From a virus (taxonomy: Duplodnaviria; Caudoviricetes), in IMG/VR virus record IMGVR_UViG_3300021400_000369, positions 1 through 64,000 of that record: DNA of 64,000 bases. One strand, given 5' to 3'. Position 1 is the stretch's first letter. Each line of letters begins with the position of its first letter. Positions 56,515-64,000 of this stretch are shown one piece after another. The position numbers were made by a program, and so were the translations under genes. The notes under the pieces were generated by a model. The model was not told where the DNA came from. It saw only the letters and a program-made list of their open reading frames with translations, and ran no database searches.

Positions 56515-57941
56515 CACAGGTTTTCGATTCAATATATACCCATTTGAGATGGGCTTATCCAACATACAGCAAGAAACAATTATACAGCTTCTCAAAAAGA
56601 CTGGCCGGAGCCCGGTGCGCATGGAGAAACATAGCCCTCATAACTAATGAGATGGGCGGTCCTTTCTCCCATTATAAGAACCAGAATGCTCTGATAAGGG
56701 ATATCATGAGGATAAAAGGATGTGAAACGTCCTCCTCCGATGACCTTGAAGAACCTGACGCTACTGATGAGGAGTCATTGTTAAGCGGTGATTCAGAATC
56801 ATCAGGAGGTGGTTCTTCCGGAAGCGGCTCATCCGATTCCGATGATTCCTCAGCGGACAAGGCTGATAATGAAGATTTAACCTTTGATGATGTTCTTCAC
56901 AGCATAGCATCAGCGATTGACGCTCATTATTACATAGTTAATGATACAGTATATTTTGTATCCTTTAACACATTATTCGCCGGAGGGTACAAGGAAACCG
57001 GCTTTCCTGACAAGCCGATAGTGATTGATTATTGGATGCAGGAAGATGGAAGTCTTGATGTTGATGTCAATCAGGCGGGGATGATAAATACTGTCATCCT
57101 GCATTACAGGAATGGAACTGTCAAAGTATGCAATGAAGACCTTGTTAATATATATGGCGAGGTTTCTGCAACCTATTCCGACAAGACCCTTTCATATACT
57201 CAAGCGAGGGTGAAGGCAGAAGCATACTTGAGTGCGAACATTAGAGATTTTAACATGACCGTTCAAGTATCTGCACTCTATAGTGGTAAGCTTGCGGTCG
57301 GACAATACATAAAATTAAGAAACCCCCTCACAATGACGGAAAACCTTTACTACATATACGGCTTGTCAGTAAACTGGAACGCTGGTGAAAAAACATTCGT
57401 GGCGGACCTCGACCTGAGGTACGGCCCCGAAAACCCCGACAATCCGGAAGTCCCGGAAACCGGTGGCGGATATTATACTAATAACAGCAGCGGAAGCAGC
57501 GGCGGTGGTGGCCAGATGGCTGGAAACCCATCAGGCACCGTGGCTGATTTCGCCAAAAAGATAGTAGGCAACGCCACCACTAATGATGAAAAAGTCCAGA
57601 AAATATGGGCCTGGTGGAAATCAAATATGCATTATGGACATTATGAATGTAGTAGACAAAGTACAGAACAAGTTCTTAGCAGCAAATCCGCTAATTGTAC
57701 AGATACAGCCAAGGCATTATGTGATTTATTCACAGCGGTTGGCGTTCCAAACAAACTCCATCATTGCTTCTCGGTTACATTCACAACAGGACATACCGCG
57801 GGACACTATTACCCAGAAGCCAAATATGGAAACGGATGGGTAATTGTAGATGGCGTAAGCCGTTATGCCGGATGGGGCGGAAAGAACATGGTTTCAAAAT
57901 CAAATTGCAAAGAACTTTCAAGTGTTTCGGAAGTTTGCTAG
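56511..57941 (+). CDS. Baseplate hub C-half-like protein with transglutaminase-like (PeiW-type) C-terminal domain
   Basis: NTV...Y.NG.VK...DLV.IYGE core; ANCTD...GHYY...WVIVD Cys-His-Asp triad. Confidence 0.7.
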   Translation: MTQVFDSIYTHLRWAYPTYSKKQLYSFSKRLAGARCAWRNIALITNEMGGPFSHYKNQNALIRDIMRIKGCETSSSDDLEEPDATDEESLLSGDSESSGGGSSGSGSSDSDDSSADKADNEDLTFDDVLHSIASAIDAHYYIVNDTVYFVSFNTLFAGGYKETGFPDKPIVIDYWMQEDGSLDVDVNQAGMINTVILHYRNGTVKVCNEDLVNIYGEVSATYSDKTLSYTQARVKAEAYLSANIRDFNMTVQVSALYSGKLAVGQYIKLRNPLTMTENLYYIYGLSVNWNAGEKTFVADLDLRYGPENPDNPEVPETGGGYYTNNSSGSSGGGGQMAGNPSGTVADFAKKIVGNATTNDEKVQKIWAWWKSNMHYGHYECSRQSTEQVLSSKSANCTDTAKALCDLFTAVGVPNKLHHCFSVTFTTGHTAGHYYPEAKYGNGWVIVDGVSRYAGWGGKNMVSKSNCKELSSVSEVC

Positions 57942-57953
57942 AGGTGATAAGAG

Positions 57954-59204
57954 ATGTCAGAAAAAGATAAGAATACAGCTGAAGCTTACATTAAATTAAA
58001 AAAAGCGGGTTTCTTAAAGCCCAACAACAACAGAAAGCTTGGGATTGATGATAATACATCATATAAGAGTCCGAACTTCAAAACCCAGGTCAATGTATGG
58101 ACGAATACTGATAAACAGACACATACCTACTTTCATTCATTAAGCATTGATGTTCAAGTGTCTGAATTCATGGGGACGGCGGAGCTGAGATGTCCTTTCG
58201 ACTCCGACCTGATGGAATACTGGGAACCTTTAAGAGCCACATGTGTAATATACGGGGCCAACAAGGGAGCTCCTAAAATATTATTTGTAGGAAGATGCCG
58301 TGAAGTCAGACAAGATGGATACGAGCTTGTTGTTTCATTGCAGAATTATGGATGGAAATTCGAGCAGAACGCATCATCAGCTTTTGTCAATGACAATGTG
58401 GTGAACAAGGATGGGTATACTGTCATGAAGTTGATATTTGAAGCCTTGAAGATTGACAAGTACGTCATATCCCCTAATGCGAAAAAAAGATTAAAAGAGA
58501 TTGGTTTTGATGAGAACGGCAATGTGACAATGAATGGGGAAGAAATTACTGAAATCCCTGACCTCATTGACAGGATCAAAAAGACGAACCCAAGCGACAC
58601 TATAAACAAGTATACCTTGCAGAACAAACTGGATGAAGATAAATTAAATAACCTTTATCATATAAATTACACCTTGAAATACAGCAAAGTCACTCCAACA
58701 ATGAGCAAGATCGCGAAAGGAAACACTTACAGCGGAAGCGGAGCATCAGTCTACGGCACAACATACGGAGGAGCCGCCCAGTCAGGAGCTCAGGAATCAA
58801 CAACACAGAACACGGGCACTTATTCTCCAACAACAAATGGCCAGCCAACGGGTGGAAACGCCGGTCAGGAGAATGTGAAGAAATGGTTGAAGAGCGCCTA
58901 TAATGCAAGGTACTGGGCTAAAAACCCTACAGCATTGAATTCTGTCGCCACAATCTACAGAATATGGTATGCCGGGGTTGGAACATCAAACGCGACAGGA
59001 AACAGATCCCCTACATGGTATCTGAACAGGATATATAAGGGCAGAACCGATAAGAACCTGCTTTTAAAAGATCTTCATACTTTCAGACAAGGGGCGAAGA
59101 CCAACAGGAATTGGTGGCCGAGCTCCCTGGGAACAGAACCAACCGGCTCATCATCAAGCGGCGGAAACGGCTTGTTGAATGCAATATCAAATCTCTTCGG
59201 GTGA
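57954..59204 (+). CDS. Baseplate hub N-half-like protein (paralog of 55360-56514)
   Basis: Motifs shared with the paralog. Confidence 0.6.
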   Translation: MSEKDKNTAEAYIKLKKAGFLKPNNNRKLGIDDNTSYKSPNFKTQVNVWTNTDKQTHTYFHSLSIDVQVSEFMGTAELRCPFDSDLMEYWEPLRATCVIYGANKGAPKILFVGRCREVRQDGYELVVSLQNYGWKFEQNASSAFVNDNVVNKDGYTVMKLIFEALKIDKYVISPNAKKRLKEIGFDENGNVTMNGEEITEIPDLIDRIKKTNPSDTINKYTLQNKLDEDKLNNLYHINYTLKYSKVTPTMSKIAKGNTYSGSGASVYGTTYGGAAQSGAQESTTQNTGTYSPTTNGQPTGGNAGQENVKKWLKSAYNARYWAKNPTALNSVATIYRIWYAGVGTSNATGNRSPTWYLNRIYKGRTDKNLLLKDLHTFRQGAKTNRNWWPSSLGTEPTGSSSSGGNGLLNAISNLFG

Positions 59205-59208
59205 TATC

Positions 59209-60525
59209 ATGGCATTGGACGGAGTTAAAGCCGAATACTCACAGGATAAGAAAATCATCCACACATGGTCATACCCGGGTAGGAGCGGATATTCATATGA
59301 ATTGACGGAACATTACTGGAAAAACAAATGCCCATTATGTGGAAAGGAAGGAACATTATTATTCAATCCCAAGAAAACCGCCGAGGGAGAATTGACATGC
59401 AGCGCTTGTGATGCTGATTATGATTGCGTGAACGGGGAGGATAAGTGGACCCCGTCAAGAGGGACACTGACCCCCGCATCCAATGAGAACCCGGTAAGCG
59501 CCGATGGTTCTTCATCCTCATCATCTTCATCATCAGAAGCCGCTTACAATCCTGTTTTAAGTGGTGAGAAAACATTCAAGGATCTTATTGGTGAAATCTG
59601 CAACGGGATTGATGTGCAATTTCTATGCAAGAGAAACATGATTGTCGTGACTGATGTGGAAACATTATATGCGGAAGCCGCATACTTGAGGGAGAAACAA
59701 AAAAACAGCGCCGAAGACATAGCATTATGGCAGCTTCAGGACGGAACTTACGACCTTGATGTCAATGAATACGGATTCTTCAACACGGTTTATGTTCAAT
59801 ACAGGAACGGGGTTGTCAAGGAATCCTTCCCCGATCTTGTCAGAGTGTATGGTGAGGTCCCGAAGACATACAAGGAAAAGAAGCTGAGCAAAACCCAGGC
59901 TCAGAAAAAAGCCAAGATGTACCTCGCCGCCCATATGAGAGATTTTGGAATGGGGATAAAAGCAAGTATCCTCCATGACGGAGGCATAGACATAGGGGAT
60001 ATTGTCACATTGGAGAACCCATTGACATTGAAGAATGAGATAAAAAAACAGGAAGGCGAGCTTCCCGAGTTTTATTTTGTAAAAGGATTGAACATCGAAT
60101 GGGATGAAGGCCCGATCACATGTGATTTGGAATTATCCTACAGCCCAGAGGCCCCTGAGCGGGATGAATCAGGAACATCATCAAACACTACTTCTTCATC
60201 ATCAGGGGGTAGTGGAGGCGGTAATGGGTCTTCAGGCTCTTCAGATGATTCCGGAACAACCGGTGAGACAGAAGATGTTCCAACAACAGAGGGAACTGAG
60301 GACACAGGCAACAGCAAGGTCTGGACCGAGATAGCAAAGGTCATTCAAAACGCTTACCCGAGAAACAGGACAACAGAAAAAGCCAGGATCGTCGGGACCC
60401 TGATGAAAACCCCATGCGCATACAGAAACATTGCACTGGTTGTCAACACCCTCGGTCCGATAACACATTACAAAAACCAGAACGCGGTTATAAATGCGAT
60501 AAGAAAAGCCAAGGGGTGCTTATAG
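59209..60525 (+). CDS. Baseplate hub C-half-like protein with N-terminal Zn ribbon
   Basis: Start corrected to MALDGVK (RBS GGTGAT); CPLC...CSAC..YDC; core shared with 56511 and 60526. Confidence 0.65.
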   Translation: MALDGVKAEYSQDKKIIHTWSYPGRSGYSYELTEHYWKNKCPLCGKEGTLLFNPKKTAEGELTCSACDADYDCVNGEDKWTPSRGTLTPASNENPVSADGSSSSSSSSSEAAYNPVLSGEKTFKDLIGEICNGIDVQFLCKRNMIVVTDVETLYAEAAYLREKQKNSAEDIALWQLQDGTYDLDVNEYGFFNTVYVQYRNGVVKESFPDLVRVYGEVPKTYKEKKLSKTQAQKKAKMYLAAHMRDFGMGIKASILHDGGIDIGDIVTLENPLTLKNEIKKQEGELPEFYFVKGLNIEWDEGPITCDLELSYSPEAPERDESGTSSNTTSSSSGGSGGGNGSSGSSDDSGTTGETEDVPTTEGTEDTGNSKVWTEIAKVIQNAYPRNRTTEKARIVGTLMKTPCAYRNIALVVNTLGPITHYKNQNAVINAIRKAKGCL

Positions 60526-62160
60526 ATGGATATCATAATGGGGTGCGACAGCAATAACATATCCGAAGACAGGGTTACATTGCAGAAAATGGCCAAGGTT
60601 TTAAGAGACGCCGGACACACGGTTAAAACAGTACCGGTTGGCCCGAGTCCCTTGCAGAATACCTGCCTGTCATCAAGCACTTCAGGAAAAGTAGCTGTGA
60701 TGTTAGTGAATGGTGCTGACTTGCAAACATATAAGGATTTTCATGATGGAATCAGCAAAGGATACTACCATGTCTCACATTGCTACTTCGCCCTCCAGGG
60801 ATGGATAGAAACAAACACATGCACATGCAGCGGAGCGACTACGGCGAAGCTCAACTGGGTTGCGGATGGTGTGGCTCCTCGTTCATACGTAGCCGAACTC
60901 ATCGGAATGACAACAGCTGAGGTTATGCAGAAATACCCCGAATGCGACTATGCCTGCGGATCATCATTTGATGAATTAGCTCAGAACCTTCTCTCTGTAC
61001 TGGGTGGACAAACTAATGGTTCATCATCCGATTACGGAACCCAGCAAGGCGATTCCGCCCTGATGAATCCAATGCTGAGTGGTGAAAGAACCTTTCAGGA
61101 TATCATAGGAGATATCTGCAATGGATTGGATATTCTCTTCTTATGCAAGAGAAACATGGTTGTGGTTACTGATTTTGAATCAATCTATAATGAAGCCCAG
61201 GAGATAAGAGACAAGAAAAAGGTCTCATCGAGCGAAGACATTAAATTATGGCAGATAGAAGATGGTTCATACGAGGTTGATGTGAACCAGTTTGGATTCT
61301 ATAACACAGTATATGTCAAATACTCAAACGGGGTTGTCAAGGAACAATACAATGACCTTGTCGCCGTATATGGAGAACACGCCATCACATATAAAGAGCC
61401 GAAGCTCAGCAAGACACAGGCCATAAGGAAAGCCAAGACATACCTCGCCGCCCATGTCAGAGAATTTTCAATGACAATGGGAGTGTCTCTTCTTCATGAT
61501 GGAGACATAGATGTGGGAGACATAGTAACCTTGGACAATCCTCACATGCTTCATAACACCGGAAAGAACCAGGAATTCTATTTTGTCAAAGGAGTTGGGG
61601 TTGAATGGGATGAGGGCCCCATACAGGTTGACCTGGAGCTTGAGTTCTCCCCTGAAAGCCCTGACCATCCGGAGGTTCCGGAGACGGGAACAGGCGGATA
61701 CTCCCCCGAAAGCAGCTCAGGGAATGTCGGCAGCGATTGCTGGAACAAATACTGGGATATAGCGAAAAACTCAGTATGGTCCCACAACTACTCAATGAGC
61801 AACCCCCATGATCCAGCCGAAGCTTATAAGGTTTTCGGAGAAAACACATCCAGGAAACAATGGGATTGCTACTCATCCACAGCATGGCTGTATTATGTTC
61901 TTAACTTCAAATGCAATGTCCCGGCAAGGGATGTTGTCGGAGCCGGAAGCGGTGTGAGCGGAACTCACCATGTCATACAGGTGAAACAGGGTGGAGAATG
62001 GATATTCCCACCCGAACAGAGCGAAATGCCTAGCGGCCTGACCCCGACATCAGCAATGAAAGCGGGACACTACCATGTATCAAGAGCTCCTCCGTCAGAC
62101 ATGAACAACCCTAGTTCATACCCTGGCTATCAGAACCCTTGGTATGGAAATCATTCATAA
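60526..62160 (+). CDS. Baseplate hub C-half-like protein with putative C-terminal Cys-His peptidase domain
   Basis: Core nearly collinear with 59209-60525; WDCYSSTAWL...THHVIQV...EWIF. Confidence 0.65.
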   Translation: MDIIMGCDSNNISEDRVTLQKMAKVLRDAGHTVKTVPVGPSPLQNTCLSSSTSGKVAVMLVNGADLQTYKDFHDGISKGYYHVSHCYFALQGWIETNTCTCSGATTAKLNWVADGVAPRSYVAELIGMTTAEVMQKYPECDYACGSSFDELAQNLLSVLGGQTNGSSSDYGTQQGDSALMNPMLSGERTFQDIIGDICNGLDILFLCKRNMVVVTDFESIYNEAQEIRDKKKVSSSEDIKLWQIEDGSYEVDVNQFGFYNTVYVKYSNGVVKEQYNDLVAVYGEHAITYKEPKLSKTQAIRKAKTYLAAHVREFSMTMGVSLLHDGDIDVGDIVTLDNPHMLHNTGKNQEFYFVKGVGVEWDEGPIQVDLELEFSPESPDHPEVPETGTGGYSPESSSGNVGSDCWNKYWDIAKNSVWSHNYSMSNPHDPAEAYKVFGENTSRKQWDCYSSTAWLYYVLNFKCNVPARDVVGAGSGVSGTHHVIQVKQGGEWIFPPEQSEMPSGLTPTSAMKAGHYHVSRAPPSDMNNPSSYPGYQNPWYGNHS

Positions 62161-62214
62161 TTAATATTTAAATAAAAAATTTAGGGAAAAATTAAAACAT
62201 AAGAGGTTGTTTAA

Positions 62215-62811
62215 ATGGTAAGAAGTTCATATCGTCCTACAAATAAGAGATTCCGAGACAGGTTTCAGGAATTCGCTGGAACAAAAACCAAGAAAGGACA
62301 TTTCGATCAGGATGAAGATACAAAAGAAAAAACAGGAACATTGAAGAAGATAGACAAGAGCAAGCTGTTTGGAAAAGGATGGTATGTCGAAATCAATGGA
62401 CAGGTTCATCCATGCACATACAGCGGATACGATGGAGTCCTGCCTGAGGGAAAGGAGACGGATAAGTTTCTATATCCGAAACAAAAACTTACATGCGATG
62501 TCGCGGTAAACAAGAAGGAGAAAAAATACGACATCCAAAGGATCGAGAACCTGAAACAAAGCCCGACATCAGTAAAAGAAGGGACCATCACAATCCAGAA
62601 CAATCTATCATCAAATGATTACAAAAACATCATCCTAAAAAACGAAAGCACAAATGTATCATTAACAGAGGAAAGCATCAACCTGAACTCTGCCAATGTC
62701 AACATCAACGGAAACAACATCAACGAAACAATCGACGGACTTCAAACTCAAATCAATGATCTACAGGATGAAAACATGAAACTCAAAGCCAAAATAGAGG
62801 GTGAAGAATGA
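62215..62811 (+). CDS. Baseplate spike/assembly protein (putative)
   Basis: OB-like N-half, beta-repeat NLNSANVNING, coiled-coil end. Confidence 0.5.
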   Translation: MVRSSYRPTNKRFRDRFQEFAGTKTKKGHFDQDEDTKEKTGTLKKIDKSKLFGKGWYVEINGQVHPCTYSGYDGVLPEGKETDKFLYPKQKLTCDVAVNKKEKKYDIQRIENLKQSPTSVKEGTITIQNNLSSNDYKNIILKNESTNVSLTEESINLNSANVNINGNNINETIDGLQTQINDLQDENMKLKAKIEGEE

Positions 62812-64000
62812 GCAATGAAGAAATAAACATCATGAACAATGATAATCAGAAATATTACATAGGCGAAGCCTTGTCAAGGGAGAACCTGACAAAACAGTAC
62901 CAGTACGTCCTCGACCTCATCATAGCATATGGTGGGGAAGGTTCAAAGATAGATGCCGACATGCTGGACGGGCATCATGCCAGCGATTTCATCACAAAAG
63001 ATGATTACTATCTTGATGTGCTGCAGTCAGGAATGTATATCGGAAGCACTCAGATTAATAATTACAAGACAATCAACAGTCAGTTCCTTAGGGATGTGGA
63101 TGTTAAATTGTCTGATATGGAATGCTCCATATTCGATGTGTATAAGGATGATTCCATATCAAACGACAGCGTCCTGACAAACATCAATGATGTTCATTAC
63201 GCATTGGAGCTTCTTGGAAGACACGCTGAAGAAAGCGAACATAGTTTTGGAGAATTCATGAACGAGTATGAGGCGTTTGTGAACAAGGAAGAATCAAGAT
63301 GGGCCAATACATTGGATCCAGAGGACGCCCTCGAGCTTCAAAGAATCCTGAACAATCATTCCGTGGAAGCCGTTGACGTCAACAACAACCTTGTACATTA
63401 TTATAACAAGATTCCTGTCACATATAACCCCGACATCACAGATGAAGAGGGAGAAGTTGTGGAATTGTATCAGGATTATAATGGAACATGCTTGTTTGTT
63501 TCAAAGGTTCCCGACATCGCATGCGAACTGGTGGACGAAGAAGCCGGTGAAACATCAGAATATTGCATATTCACTCTCAACTCACGCTATATCGATGAAG
63601 ATTATCTCCTGGACGCCCAACCTGTCAATGACGACGGTACTCTAAACGAAGACTATATAGAAGTATACAAAAAGAACGAGGCAGATGGGGAGACAACTTA
63701 TCAGAGAAAATACATCTTGGAATCAAGAATCTCAGAATCACAATACAATACCAATACATTCTTCTCCGCCGATATGGTGAACGGACTTCAATTCATACTT
63801 ATAACACAAGAAGAATACGACAACCTGGATTCTGAATTGAAAGACAACTGGCATTATGTTTACATAATAAGAGATGATATAAACACGTTTGATGATTACG
63901 CCGACCCAACAAAGATATATACAACATCAGGGTTGAAATTCAAATTCAGAGTCGACCCGGAAACACAGGAAAGCGACAATCCAAAATTACAATTCGCCGT
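62808..64000 (+). CDS. Tail fibre-like protein (partial, runs off the window)
   Basis: ATGA overlap; GEGSKIDADMLDGHHASDF motif typical of tail fibres; absent from the ORF track, consistent with no stop codon before the window edge. Confidence 0.65.
   Translation, partial: MSNEEINIMNNDNQKYYIGEALSRENLTKQYQYVLDLIIAYGGEGSKIDADMLDGHHASDFITKDDYYLDVLQSGMYIGSTQINNYKTINSQFLRDVDVKLSDMECSIFDVYKDDSISNDSVLTNINDVHYALELLGRHAEESEHSFGEFMNEYEAFVNKEESRWANTLDPEDALELQRILNNHSVEAVDVNNNLVHYYNKIPVTYNPDITDEEGEVVELYQDYNGTCLFVSKVPDIACELVDEEAGETSEYCIFTLNSRYIDEDYLLDAQPVNDDGTLNEDYIEVYKKNEADGETTYQRKYILESRISESQYNTNTFFSADMVNGLQFILITQEEYDNLDSELKDNWHYVYIIRDDINTFDDYADPTKIYTTSGLKFKFRVDPETQESDNPKLQFA

Overview
64 kb of a large head-tailed archaeal virus (Caudoviricetes, contractile tail) that probably infects a Methanobacteriales host such as Methanobrevibacter. 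The host inference rests on GGTGA ribosome-binding sites, TTTAAATA boxes, an archaeal histone and pseudomurein-endoisopeptidase-like tail domains. Left arm (1-26.3 kb, minus strand): about 50 co-oriented, mostly small unknown genes, plus a histone, a GP88-like protein, an ASCH protein, an M48/YgjP-like metalloprotease and an M.Sau3AI-like C5 methyltransferase. Many of its gene junctions carry a short structured element between the stop codon and the next RBS. These fall into families: two compact H-type pseudoknots with visible covariation (15 and 6 copies), a related 23-mer (5), a bulged hairpin (3) and anticodon-less tRNA-like modules (5). Middle: a GC-rich Ro60/TROVE-like DUF2828-VWA gene with a tandem structured leader, a degenerate ligase-like gene and a GIY-YIG gene. 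Right arm (29.9-64 kb, plus strand): the virion module, from terminase, portal, protease and capsid through neck, sheath, tube, a chaperone with a probable +1 frameshift, tape measure, multiplied baseplate hub genes and spike to a partial fibre gene. The most striking feature is the 4076-aa tape measure protein. It embeds an intact DEDDh exonuclease, a recognisable homologue of archaeal RNA polymerase subunit Rpo1C (A'') and possibly a degenerate TFB, which suggests an injected transcription-hijacking cargo. Family assignments come from motif recognition by eye; no searches were run.
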